Assembly (NCBI GenBank): GCA_963823555.1
Contig: CAWGMA010000003.1
Location: 544,001 to 608,000 of the forward strand
Direction of reading: 5' to 3'
Length of the DNA stretch: 64,000 nucleotides
Source: Candidatus Eiseniibacteriota bacterium
Lineage (GTDB): Bacteria > Eisenbacteria > RBG-16-71-46 > CAVPCR01
Part shown: positions 41,065-51,453 of the stretch, in pieces
Layout: each line of letters begins with the position of its first letter
How positions within the stretch are numbered: position 1 is the stretch's first letter
Position numbers and translations under genes: made by a program
Notes under the pieces: model-generated
Told to the model about the DNA's origin: nothing
What the model saw: the letters and a program-made list of their open reading frames with translations, nothing else
Databases searched by the model: none

Positions 41065-43578
41065 GTGCCGACGCCCGGCGACGGGGTGCCTGCCATGACC
41101 CCCGACCTCACCCTTGAAGGTGGCGTCGTCGAAAGCGGTGTCGGGAGGGCTTGCACCCACACGATGGCGCAACCGCAGGCGCCACCGAGCTACCGACTCG
41201 CCTTCACTGCCGAGGAACTGCGGGCTCGGCTTCCTGCCGAGCTTGTTGCACAGTCGCAGTGGGTTGCCTGGAGATTCGAGTGGCGTGATGGCAGGTGGAG
41301 CAAGGTGCCGGTCAATGCTCGCACCGATGGACGGGCCCGAAGCAACGATCCAAGTACCTGGGCCACGTTCGACGAGGCCATGGCCTTCCATGAGTGCACC
41401 CCAAGAAGCGCCGGCATCGGGTTCGTGTTCGCGGAGGCCGATCCGTTCGCCGGCGTCGACTTGGACGGCTGCGTGGCCGGGGCTGACCAGGAAGCCAGGG
41501 TCGAGGCGTGGGCCCGAGACTTGCTCGACGCCTTCGCGACCTATGCCGAGATCTCGCCGTCAGGGCATGGCGTCAAGCTCTTCCTCCAAGGGCGAGCCCC
41601 GCACAACGGACGCCGGGCTGGGTACCCGGTCGCGGGATCGGCGGTGGAGACGTACGACCGCACGCGCTTCTTCACGGTGACAGGGCTTCGGGTGCCGGGA
41701 ACGCCCCAGGTGCTTGGGGATGCCCAGGGTGCTTTGGACGACCTCATCGCCAAGGTGTGGCCGGTGCCCCAAGGCAACCGAGATGAGGAGATCCCAGCGG
41801 CTGCCCTTGCCGTCGACGATGAGGCGCTGGTCGCCGCCGCGCTCCGTGCCCGCAACGGCGCTGACTTCGAGCGGCTGTGGGCAGGCGACTGGAAGGGTCG
41901 CTACGGGTCGCCGAGCGAGGCCGATCTTGCTCTGTGCGGAATGCTCGCGTTCTACACGGGATCCGACCCCGAGCGGATCGCCCGCCTCTTCCAACGCTCC
42001 GGCCTCTGCCGCGAGAAGTGGCAGCGCGCCGATTACCGGGAAAGAACCATCACGAAGGCCCTCGACGGCCGGACCGAGTTCTACAGCGGGCCGAGGGCCG
42101 TGCTCGTGCTGCCGCCGTCGAATGGCGGTCATCCATCCCGCGCCCTGACATCAGGCAAGGATAGAAGGCGGGGGAAGCGGAGCGCGCGTCGTGCGGTTGG
42201 CGCAGGCGATCCCAGCCGGTTCTGGGAGGGGCGAGCGTTCCGTCCCGCGCTCCTCGCCGATGAACTCATGGCTCTCGACTCCTACATCTCCACTCCCGTA
42301 GCTGACGATGGTGTGGGCGCCTTCCTCTACGCCTACCGGGATGGCGTCTACCAACGTGCGGAGGAGGTCGCGAGTAAGAAGGCCGAGTCCCTCCTCGGCG
42401 TGCGCGCCGCAAATGCGCGCATCGAAGATGCGGTGAAGCTGATACGCCGGCGGGCCGCGAGCCCGCACGACGATCTGAACCCGAGCGGGCTTGACCTCAT
42501 CAATGTCCAGAACGGCATGCTCGACTGGAAGACGGGGAAGCTCAAACCCCACGATCCAACTTGCCTCTCCACGATCCGCATCCCGGTGCGGTTCGATCCC
42601 GCCGCCAAGTCGGAGATCATCGACCGAGTTCTTCAAGACTGGCTTCCGGGTGACGCGCTCGACCTGGCCGGAGAGATGCTCGGCTACCTGCTCATCCCGA
42701 CCCGCAAGCACCAGACCGCGTTCATGCTGGTCGGGGAAGGGGAGAACGGAAAGTCCACGTTCATCAATCTCACCCGTAGTCTGCTCGGGCGCGGCAATGT
42801 GTCGAGCGAGACGCTCCATGATCTGGAAGAGAACCGCTTCCGCGTGGCCTCGCTCTTCGGCAAGCTGGCGAACCTCTGTGCAGACATCGACGATCGGGCG
42901 CTGCAGTTCACGAGCGTCTTCAAGAAGATCACCGGGGACGACTCGCTCTCGGCCGAGCGCAAGCACCAGCACCCGTTTGACTTCGATCCCTTCGCCCGTT
43001 TGATCTTCTCAGCCAACACTCCCCCTGCCCCGCGCAACGACCGCACTCACGCCTTCTTTCGCCGCTGGGTGGTCGTCCCCTTCGACAACAAGTTCCGCGA
43101 CGGCGAGAAGCGGGACCGAGATCTACCGAAGAAGATCACGACCCCGGAGGCGCTCTCGGCCTTGCTCAATATCGCCGTCGCCGGGCTGCAGCGGCTGGAG
43201 GCGAGGGGCGAGTTTGCCCTGCCCGAGTCGGTGCGGCAGGCGGGTGAGAAGTACCGGCGGGAGGCCGACGCCGTTTACACGTTCATCAGCGAAGAGTGCG
43301 CGAAGGGCGGTCAGGATGCCCGCGTCTCTGCCACCGACCTCCAGAGATCGTTCCGCGCCTGGTGCGCAGAGAACGGGTACCGGAACGTTCCCCCGAAGAA
43401 GGCCCTGGAGCGGCAGTTGGTCGAACTGCTCGGCGCGGAGAAGGAGCGAGCACGGGTCGGGGGACGCAAGAACGCCGTGGTGGTTTGGCGCGGCATCACG
43501 TGCTCGTACTCACCCCCGGCCCAGGGGGAGGCCGGGGCGGATGGGTCCTCCCTGGCGCCGGAGGACCGGTGGCCATGA
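41065..43578 (+). CDS. Primase-polymerase fused to D5/SF3 helicase (P4-family phage/plasmid primase); start uncertain
   Basis: QWVAW...KVP, GVDLD, EISPSGHG prim-pol motifs; SEADLAL; INVQNGML; Walker A GEGENGKST; FSAN; FFRRW. Confidence 0.9.
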   Translation: MPTPGDGVPAMTPDLTLEGGVVESGVGRACTHTMAQPQAPPSYRLAFTAEELRARLPAELVAQSQWVAWRFEWRDGRWSKVPVNARTDGRARSNDPSTWATFDEAMAFHECTPRSAGIGFVFAEADPFAGVDLDGCVAGADQEARVEAWARDLLDAFATYAEISPSGHGVKLFLQGRAPHNGRRAGYPVAGSAVETYDRTRFFTVTGLRVPGTPQVLGDAQGALDDLIAKVWPVPQGNRDEEIPAAALAVDDEALVAAALRARNGADFERLWAGDWKGRYGSPSEADLALCGMLAFYTGSDPERIARLFQRSGLCREKWQRADYRERTITKALDGRTEFYSGPRAVLVLPPSNGGHPSRALTSGKDRRRGKRSARRAVGAGDPSRFWEGRAFRPALLADELMALDSYISTPVADDGVGAFLYAYRDGVYQRAEEVASKKAESLLGVRAANARIEDAVKLIRRRAASPHDDLNPSGLDLINVQNGMLDWKTGKLKPHDPTCLSTIRIPVRFDPAAKSEIIDRVLQDWLPGDALDLAGEMLGYLLIPTRKHQTAFMLVGEGENGKSTFINLTRSLLGRGNVSSETLHDLEENRFRVASLFGKLANLCADIDDRALQFTSVFKKITGDDSLSAERKHQHPFDFDPFARLIFSANTPPAPRNDRTHAFFRRWVVVPFDNKFRDGEKRDRDLPKKITTPEALSALLNIAVAGLQRLEARGEFALPESVRQAGEKYRREADAVYTFISEECAKGGQDARVSATDLQRSFRAWCAENGYRNVPPKKALERQLVELLGAEKERARVGGRKNAVVVWRGITCSYSPPAQGEAGADGSSLAPEDRWP

Positions 43579-43584
43579 CCCAAG

Positions 43585-43702
43585 TGTGTCGGTTGTGTCG
43601 ATTGTGTCAAAACCGCCTACTTCTCTCCCCGTTAAACAGTGCACTGGAAGCGCGTATAGGAGAAAAGTGGGGGGGACCGACACAACCGACACAATCGACA
43701 CA
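43585..43702. repeat. Inverted iteron clusters, candidate replication origin
   Basis: TGTGTC at 43585, 43594, 43603 and GACACA at 43679, 43688, 43697 (9-bp period). Confidence 0.75.
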
Positions 43703-43991
43703 GCGAGAGAGAAGGCAGGTACGACCCGTGGCCACCCACGGGTCCATAGCCGCCATGACGTGCGGCGCGCAGAAGTGAAGGCGATGCTGGCGGATCCCGC
43801 CGTTGCTGGCAGTGCCTTGACGAGGGCTGTCGCGGGATGCCTGGACTGGCAGCGGCACATGCTCCAAGTGCCCGAAGCGGTTCCGAAGGGCGACGCCCTA
43901 GGCGGATAGGAGATAGCCAGGGCTGGGACCGAGAACCCTACCGGCGTCAGTACGGGCCCACCCGGTTCCACGCCCCTCGAGGAGACAAGAG

Positions 43992-44531
43992 ATGCCTGAT
44001 CACATTACGGTTCGCGATACGTCCACCCTTCCCCCGCACAAGGAAGGCCAGTTTGCCGCCATTTGCGCCGACGTGATTGATCTCGGCCAACGCGTGGAGA
44101 CCTACCCCGGCTCCTCGCCGCGTGTCGTGAGGAAGGTGGGTCTGGTCTTCGTCACGACCGAGCACCGCCAGGATGGCAAACCCAGCACAGTGAGTACTGA
44201 GTTCACCGTATCCATGAACGAGCGAGCGGGTCTGCGGCGGTTCCTCGAGAGCTGGCGTGGGCGGTCCTACACACCAGACGAGACGGCGGGCGATGCTCCG
44301 TTGCGTCGCCTGGTCGGGCAACCAGCTCTTCTCACGCTCGAGAATCGGTGCAGTGCCAAAGGACGGAACTACGCCAAGATCGCGAGCATCGCGCCCTTGC
44401 CGAAGGGCAAGCCAGCCCCTGAGGTTAACGGGTACCGGCGCTCCCTTAGCTGGGAAGAGCGGAAGAAGCTCTATGAGGCCGAGGTGGCACGCCACATGGC
44501 GGGTCCTGGTGCCACCGCCGTGGGGCAGTGA
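43992..44531 (+). CDS. Phage-type hypothetical protein (possible ssDNA-binding/replication accessory)
   Basis: GAGGAG SD; EGQFAAICADVIDLG...SMNERAGLRRFLESWRG...YAKIASIAPLPKG resembles phage replication-module proteins. Confidence 0.6.
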   Translation: MPDHITVRDTSTLPPHKEGQFAAICADVIDLGQRVETYPGSSPRVVRKVGLVFVTTEHRQDGKPSTVSTEFTVSMNERAGLRRFLESWRGRSYTPDETAGDAPLRRLVGQPALLTLENRCSAKGRNYAKIASIAPLPKGKPAPEVNGYRRSLSWEERKKLYEAEVARHMAGPGATAVGQ

Positions 44532-44610
44532 TAGAGCTCGTGCACGTTGCTTACGCCTTCCAGGATTCAGGCTCCTGGCAATCACCGGACCAGAGCTGAG
44601 GAGAAGAGAA

Positions 44611-44961
44611 GTGTATAGAGAAGAACGCGAGACGGTGATCGTGGCCAACCTGGCCGATCTCGACGACGGCTTCTTCACCGTTGAGACCACAGAGAAAGGC
44701 GTGCTGGCTCGCCTGCGCCGCCTGGCCGGCGACCGCCTTCAAGTCGAGGGAAATCGGCCCTGGCTGTGCCGGGTCCCCGCTGACCTGTGGCGGGGGAACG
44801 CGCTCAGGGTCGGACGGCGCCTGAAGGCGACCGGGAGACCTTTCCAGAATCGCGTCCAGGCGTCAGGAACCCCGCGCACCGGCGCAAATCTGGAAGGGAA
44901 CGGTGTCGACCCGACCACAGGTATGGGTCGAGAGGATTCGCATGCAGAACTCCTGCAGTAG
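44611..44961 (+). CDS. Hypothetical protein
   Basis: GAGGAG upstream of GTG 44611; in-operon position. Confidence 0.4.
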   Translation: MYREERETVIVANLADLDDGFFTVETTEKGVLARLRRLAGDRLQVEGNRPWLCRVPADLWRGNALRVGRRLKATGRPFQNRVQASGTPRTGANLEGNGVDPTTGMGREDSHAELLQ

Positions 44962-45018
44962 GAGCAAGCGAGACGGCCCCCGCGTCACCGGAGGCCGTCG
45001 AGCGGGGACAGGGTCGTG

Positions 45019-45297
45019 CTAGCCGGTAGCCGCCTCGGTCTCGCTGAGGATCGCCTGCAGGGTCGGCACGTCCCGCCGTGCGGCAGCCAGGGCCACGGCG
45101 CGGACGAACCGGCTCGCCCGGGCCGGGCCTGCTGCGTCGTGGATCTCGTCGCGCTCGTCGGCCGAGAGCCTGAACGCGAACACGACCAGGTCCTCGGACG
45201 CCTTGGCTTTCGGCATCACGGTCTCGGTAGTGGCCTTCTTGGTCGCCGCCTCAGGGGCGGTCTCTTCCGTCGTGGCTGCTTGCTTCTTCGTACTCAT
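45019..45297 (-). CDS. Small putative DNA-binding protein (RHH-like)
   Basis: GGAGG SD on the minus strand; LVVFAFRLSADERDEIHDAAG...SRFVR strand-helix-helix pattern; divergent from the MTase. Confidence 0.55.
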   Translation of the reverse strand: MSTKKQAATTEETAPEAATKKATTETVMPKAKASEDLVVFAFRLSADERDEIHDAAGPARASRFVRAVALAAARRDVPTLQAILSETEAATG

Positions 45298-45386
45298 CTC
45301 ATTGCCCTCCGTACCCGGCCCCACGCCGGGCGTGCAACAACAAGGGCGCTGCTCGGGGACAACATCAAGGTAAAGAGAGGAAGAAA

Positions 45387-46797
45387 GTGAGGACCGCAAG
45401 GTCGCGAAAGCTCGCGCTTTGGTCGGCCCTGCCGCCGTATCTCGGTGGTAAGCGCCGCCTTGCCCCGCTCATCTTCCGGGAGATCGACCGCCTCATCCCG
45501 CGCCGCCACTGGCGCGGACTCACATTCCTCGACGGGTTCCTCGGCGGCGGGTCGGTCTCGCTCTACGCCAAGGCGCAGGGATTCACGGTCGTGGCGACCG
45601 ACATCGCGGAGCGGGCAATCACGGTAGGGGAGGCGCTCATCGCCAACTCGCGGGTTCGGCTGACCCGAGAGGACGTGCTTCGGTTAGCGAAGGACGATGG
45701 CGAGGCACCGGGCCGGGTCGAGACCGGATACGTACCGAGCACTTTCACGAAGGACCAGGCCCGCTTCCTCGACCGTGCTCTCGGGACCGCCGCTCGAAAC
45801 CCCCGACACCGCGAAGGCAGCACTCATCCGGCTGCTGGCTATCCGCGTCGCGCTGCTCGCTCACCCGATGAGCCAGGTGCGGGCGGGGACCATCCACCGA
45901 CTCTCGTCGGGCGAGTACGAGTCGATCACCGAGAGCTGCCGCTATCACTACGTCGACGGGTTACGGCTCATCCGTCCTGGGAAGTTGTGGGACCTGGCGC
46001 AGCAGTTGAACGCGGGTGTGTTCCAGGGCGAAGGCAAGGTGATCCACGCGAGCATTCTCGACGTGCTGCCAACAGTCGACGCCGCAGTAGTCTACTTCGA
46101 CCCGCCATATCCTGGCGTCATGTCATACGAGAAAGAGTACAAAGTCATCGACGAGATTCTCGAAGGCCGGTCTCGGCCGACGAGCCCGTTCACCGCGCGG
46201 GATGGCGCAACGATGCTCGACGCGCTCTTCAAGCGGGCGCAGCACATCCCGGTGTGGCTCCTGTCGCTCGGGAACGCGGTGGTCACGATCGAGGAGTTGG
46301 CGGCGAAGATGGCGCGCTTCGGTCGCCAGACCAAGGCGATCGCGATCCGGTATCAGCACCTGCCTGCCGTGGCGACCGAGGAGAAGAAGCGCGAGAACCG
46401 CGAGTTCCTGGTCGTGGGGTGGGATGCGGAGGCTCCGCTGCTTCGGCGGTCGTCAGTGCAGGGTGACCGGGCCGGCACCGGGATCGATCAGCCGAACCGA
46501 CTCGCCATCGTCGAGGATGACGCGAGCCTCGGTGGCACCGAGCTTCCGACCCTCAAGCCCAGCCTCGGCAATGGCGGTGAGAAGAGCAAGGCGAGCCTCG
46601 CCGAGAAGGCGGCTTCCAGCCTCGGGCTTCCCGTCCGGGTAGCGCAGGATAGCGTGGATGACCCAGGTGCCGGCGTCATCGAACCCGGCCTGGACTTCGA
46701 CCGTGAAGGGCGAGCTGTCGTCTTGCCGTCCCATGACCCAGACGTTCCCTTGGCAGGCGGCGCCGAGTCAAGCCGCACGAAGGAGAAGAGACTGTGA
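45387..46797 (+). CDS. DNA adenine methyltransferase (D12/alpha class), one apparent frameshift near 45800
   Basis: PPYLGGK, FLDGFLGGGSVS (SAM binding), then YFDPPY (catalytic) in the next frame. Confidence 0.85.
46453..46734 (-). CDS. Possible small antisense gene overlapping the MTase C-terminal extension
   Basis: 93-aa protein-like ORF with AAGGGA upstream; the overlapping MTase tail has no MTase character. Confidence 0.35.
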   Translation of the reverse strand: MGRQDDSSPFTVEVQAGFDDAGTWVIHAILRYPDGKPEAGSRLLGEARLALLTAIAEAGLEGRKLGATEARVILDDGESVRLIDPGAGPVTLH

Positions 46798-47508
46798 CCG
46801 ACGACACGAAGGCGCCTGTGGCGCACAAAGGGCGCGCCAGTGCGCGAGTTGGGCCGAAGATGGTACCCCTGGACGACCTGAGGCCACACCCGCTGAACTC
46901 GAACGTGATGCCCGAGGACTTGCGGGAGAAGCTCAAGGCGCACATCAAGCGCACGGGGCGGTATCCGTTCCTGGTGGTCCGCCCACACCCCGAGGAGCCA
47001 GGGCAAGTACCAGGTCCTCGACGGCCACCACCGGGTCGAGGTGCTCCGCGAACTCGGCTACACCGAGGCCCGCTGCGACGTGTGGGACGTGGACGACCGC
47101 GAGGCGAAGCTGCTGCTCGCCACGCTGAACCGGCTTGCAGGGCCAGGACCTGCCCATCCGCCGGGCCCAGCTCATCCACGAGCTGCTCGGGCGAGATGAG
47201 CGTCGCCGACCTGGCCGGGCTCCTCCCCGAGACCGACAAGCAGATCGAGGAGCTGCACGCGCTGCTTGGAGTTCCCGGCCGAGGAGATCGCCGCGCTCCT
47301 CGACGCCGAGGCCGAGGAGGCCGAGAAGGTCCTGCCGCGGGTCATGAGCTTCGTCGTGACCCCCGAGCAGGAGGAGATGATCGAGCAGGCGGTCGAGCTG
47401 GCGAGCGACGGCACCCCGGGCCGGGACCGGAAGGCGCGAGGCCTCGCGAACCTCGCCAGGCACTTCCTGAAGGAAGGGGCCGATGCAGACGCACTCGAAG
47501 AAGCGTGA
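46794..47508 (+). CDS. ParB/Srx N-terminal domain protein (split by indels)
   Basis: VPLDDLRPHPLN...LVVRP...YQVLDGHHR reconstructed across frames. Confidence 0.8.
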
Positions 47509-48052
47509 GGAAGCCCGTCGGCTCTATCTCACCGGCGAGATGACCACGAACGCCGAGATCGCTGCCCGGCTCAAGGCGAAGCCGCACACGGTCGGCAGGT
47601 GGCGCCGGGAAGAGGACTGGGACGGGCTTCGCCTGAAGATCGACCGCCGGGCGGCAGAACTGTTCGTCGAGAAGATCGCCACCGATCGGGTGACCTTGAA
47701 CGTGCGGCACTACAGGCTCTGGGAACTGATTCTGGCGAAGCTGATGGAAGACCTGAAGGCGAAGCACGTCCTCGATGTCAGAGACATGGAACGGATCGCG
47801 GGCATCTTGGATCGGGCCCAGAAGGGGCAGCGGTTGGCCAAGGGGATGAGCGTAGCCGGCGAGACCGAGGAGGCCATCCGAGCCGAAGCGCAGGCCGAGA
47901 TCCGCAGGCTCATCGACGTGTTCATCGACGCCGTCAAGGAGAACGTGAGCGATGAAGAGACGCGGGATCGCATCCGCCGCACGATCCTCGATGCACTACC
48001 TTCGGAAGAGGACACGGGAACTGGCGACGGCGACAACGCGCTCGTTCAGTGA
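47483..48052 (+). CDS. Putative terminase small subunit (N-terminal HTH)
   Basis: REEARRLYL...NAEIAARLKAKPHTVGRWRREEDW; directly upstream of the large subunit. Confidence 0.65.
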   Translation: MQTHSKKREEARRLYLTGEMTTNAEIAARLKAKPHTVGRWRREEDWDGLRLKIDRRAAELFVEKIATDRVTLNVRHYRLWELILAKLMEDLKAKHVLDVRDMERIAGILDRAQKGQRLAKGMSVAGETEEAIRAEAQAEIRRLIDVFIDAVKENVSDEETRDRIRRTILDALPSEEDTGTGDGDNALVQ

Positions 48053-49592
48053 TCCACTTGCCGCGTGGGCGGTGAAACGGATCCGGCTCGACGGCTCGCC
48101 CTTTCGCTTCGAGGGCCACGAGTACCTGCGGGCGATCTACGACGACACGTCGCCGCACGTCGTCGTCCCGAAGGCGGCGCAGATCGGTGGCACCACCTGG
48201 GCGATCCTGCGCTCCGTCCATGCCTGCCTCTCAGGTCTCAACGTCATGTACTTCTTCCCGACCCGGACCGATGTGCTCGACTTCTCGAAGTCCCGGGTGT
48301 CGCCGCTTCTTGGCCGACAACCCGTTCCTCGCCAAGATGATGACCGACACCGACACCGCTGGGCTCAAGCGGATCGGGGAAGCGCATCTCTACCTGCGCG
48401 GGATGCAGTCGACCGTCGGCATGAAGTCGGTGCCGGCCGACATGATCGTCTTCGATGAACTGGACGAGGCCACGCCCGAGGCGAAGGCCATGGCCCGGGA
48501 GCGGCTCGCGCACTCGCGACTACAAGCGGATCATCGAGCTGTCGAACCCGACCCTGCCGGACTACGGCATCGACGAGAGCTACCAGGCGTCGGACCAGCG
48601 CCACTGGACCCTGAAGTGTCCCGCCTGCGGTCACTGGACGGCTCTCGACAGGGAGTTCCCGACGAAGCTGGGCGAGGAGGTGAAGATCATCCTGCCCCGC
48701 CCCGATGGCACCTTCTACCGAGCCTGTCCGAAGTGCTCGGCGGAGCTGGATCTGGCGGCAGGTGAGTGGGTGGCTGACTTCCCCGACCGCCCGATCCACG
48801 GCTACCGCATCAGCCAGCTGTTCAGCGACAAGGTCGACCCCGGCGAGATCTTGCACGAGTACCGCACCACCCGCTTCCCGGACCGGTTCTACAACCTGAA
48901 GATCGGGATCCCCTGGGCCGACCTGGAACGCCGCCTCGATATGTCGACGTGTCCTCGCTTGCTGCAGCGACGACACCATGGAAGACGAGGCGCAGAGCCA
49001 GGGGACGTACTGGATGGGGGTCGACACCGGCAGCGCCTTCCACGTCGTCGTCCTCAAGCACGAGAGCGGGGACACGGACGGTGATGGCCTGAGGCAGGTC
49101 CGACTGGTCCACCTCGCCGTCTGCCACGACTTCTCTGACCTCGATGCGATCATGAAGCGCTTCAGGATCTTCCGCTGCGTCATCGACGGGTTGCCCGAGA
49201 CCCACGCCACCCGGGACTTCGCCAAGCGCCACCGAGGCCACGTGTTCATGTGCTTCTTCAACGAGCACCAGCGGGGCGAGATGAAGTGGGATCGAGAGGC
49301 GCACACCGTGCAGGTCAACCGCACCGAGGCCCTCGATGCCTCACGGGCGGCGGTCCGGGACAAGAAGGTCATCCTGCCGCGCCGGCTGCCCAGTCGTCGA
49401 GACGTTCGCCCGGCACATGGCGTCCGACGCCAAGGTGCTCGATGAGGACGAAGAGACGGGGGCGAAGAAGTACCGGTACGTCCGGACCGGCGAGGACCAC
49501 TTCTCCCTGGCGTTCACTTACGCCTGGATGGCGGCTGAGCGGCACGGGGGGCCGAGTCAGCCGCGGGTCATCCGCATCGACCTGAACGATAG
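47952..49592 (+). CDS. Phage terminase large subunit, gpA-like (split by indels; ends approximate)
   Basis: VVVPKAAQIGGT (Walker A variant), IVFDELDE (Walker B), SNPT, CPACGH/CPKC, nuclease WMGVDTG and EDHF. Confidence 0.83.
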
Positions 49593-49880
49593 GCGGCTCC
49601 GGAAGCCTGAGCTGGCCCGGGCAGAGGCTCTTGGGGCGGTCGCTCCTCAGTGGCGTTTCGAGGCGGGGACGACCGTGGTAGCATGTGAGAGGCTCGCAGG
49701 ACGGTTGATTGAGGAGGGCTACGCTCATGTCGTTGTCGAAACTCATACTCGCCGTTGGCTCTGTTCTCGTCATGACCAGCGCTGCGGACGCGGCTACGAT
49801 CCGCGTTCCATCAGAGCAGCCTACCATTCAGGCGGGGATCAATGCCGCGACCAACGGAGATACCGTGCTTGTCGCGCCTG

Positions 49881-51453
49881 GGCAGCGTCTCGGTAGTTGT
49901 TGAATAAGGTCTGACGTTCTCTCCGGACCTCTTGAATCCTAGCGTTTCGAGCCGTTTGCTTCCATCTTCAGAATGCGGTCTGCGATTTCCTTCCTCCTGG
50001 CCGCGGTGAGCCCTGGATGGGCTGTTCGCCCGATGATCGCTGAGAACCGGCTTCACCAGAGGCCCCAGGATCAACGTTCTCGAGTCGGTCCGACCCGTAG
50101 CACCCCCCTGTTTCGGGGTGGCGGGGGCTCGGCGCGGATCCCGGGAGTCTCATGCGAGCTTCCTCTGCGCGCCGTCGATCATCTCCTCGAGCTTATGGTA
50201 CCCGTCGATCTTGCGCAGGCGGATCGCACCAGAAGCGATCAGACCGAACAGCAAGGTCAGCGCCGCCGCCTCGGTCGGGAACGACCCCTGGGTCTTGGTC
50301 CGCCGGCGGAACTCCTCGTTGATCCGCTCGATCAGGTTCGTCGTGCGCAGACTCTTCCACATCGCGGCGGGGAAGTTGTAGAAGGTCAGCAGCTCCCGCC
50401 CCGCCTCCTCGAGGCTGACGACGACCTCCGGCACCAGCGGCTGCCACTTCCGGCAGAACGCCGCGTAGGCCTTCTCGGCCGCCTCTCGGTTCTCGGCGTG
50501 GGTGATCGCCTCATAGTCGCGCTTGAGCTCCGCGTGGCAGTGCTTCGGCGCCTTGGCCAGCAGGTTCTCCAGCTTATGCCATGTGCACCTCTGCAGCTCG
50601 GCCTCCGGCCACGCCGCCCGCACCGCACGGATCAGGCCCGCGTTGCCGTCGAGCAGCACCAGCCGCGGCGCGACCAGGTTCCGCGCGACGAGTCCCTCGA
50701 TCACTCCCGCCCACGCCTTCAAGCTCTCGCTCGGCGCCAGTCGCAGCTCGAGCAGCTCCTTCTCGCCGGTGGCCTTCACCCCGACCACCACCTGCACCGG
50801 CACCTTGACCACCCGCCGGGCCAGCCGCACCGGCAGCCGCATCGCATCCAGGATCACGATCGCGTACGACTCGCGGCTCAGGTCGCGTCCTCGCCACATG
50901 GCGAACAGATCCTGCAGCCGCTTGACCACCCGCGACACCGCACTCCGGGACATCGCCGTCCCCTCGACCAGCGGCTTCAGCGCCAGTCGGATCTTCCGCG
51001 TGTTCGTCCCCGTCAGGTAGCTCGTGACCAAGGCCGCGTCCAACCGCCGCGTGCGCCGCGCGTAGCGCCGGACGATGTCGCTCGTGAACTCCTGCGTCCC
51101 CGTCGTGGTCCGCAAGCGAGCGCGGGGCACCTCCACCTCCACCGGGCCGAACGAGGTCATCAACCGCCGCGGCGGCCGGCTGCCGTGCCGGTAGCCGGTG
51201 CGGGCCTCGGTGCGCTCCCGGAGGCTGGCCCCCAGGGCACCCTCCACTTCCTCGTCGAGGATGTCGACGATCATCTCCCGGACCCGGCCCCGGACGAGGG
51301 TCTCGAGATCATGGAAATCCGCTGGCGGCGCCAGCAACTGCGCAGTACGATCTTTCACGGCGTATTCCTCCGGTTAAGCCCATACTGGGCTTTGCTTTAT
51401 GACACCCGGAGAATACGCCATTTCCCTTTCTCAACAAGTCCCGGGACGCTGCC
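49881..51453 (-). mobile_element. IS256-family insertion sequence, complete
   Basis: Imperfect terminal IRs GGCAGCGTCtCGGtAgTTGTTGA / GGCAGCGTCcCGGgAcTTGTTGA; 8-bp TSD CGCGCCTG at 49873-49880 and 51454-51461. Confidence 0.93.
50150..51358 (-). CDS. IS256-family (Mutator-type) transposase
   Basis: GYRHG, VPRAR, ILDA, LLDG, QRCTWH, TTNLIERINEEFRRR. Confidence 0.95.
   Translation of the reverse strand: MKDRTAQLLAPPADFHDLETLVRGRVREMIVDILDEEVEGALGASLRERTEARTGYRHGSRPPRRLMTSFGPVEVEVPRARLRTTTGTQEFTSDIVRRYARRTRRLDAALVTSYLTGTNTRKIRLALKPLVEGTAMSRSAVSRVVKRLQDLFAMWRGRDLSRESYAIVILDAMRLPVRLARRVVKVPVQVVVGVKATGEKELLELRLAPSESLKAWAGVIEGLVARNLVAPRLVLLDGNAGLIRAVRAAWPEAELQRCTWHKLENLLAKAPKHCHAELKRDYEAITHAENREAAEKAYAAFCRKWQPLVPEVVVSLEEAGRELLTFYNFPAAMWKSLRTTNLIERINEEFRRRTKTQGSFPTEAAALTLLFGLIASGAIRLRKIDGYHKLEEMIDGAQRKLA

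Larger units (their letters stand above)
34950..49600 (+). mobile_element. Integrated prophage/satellite-like element next to tRNA-Asn (boundaries approximate)
   Basis: Co-oriented DUF2924, serine recombinase, sigma-like protein, primase-helicase, MTase, ParB-like protein and terminase pair. Confidence 0.8.

Noticed and set aside
49593..49896. Terminase C-terminal extension to 49896
   Set aside because: It runs out of frame over the next gene and stops inside the IS256 end; likely an indel or truncation artefact.
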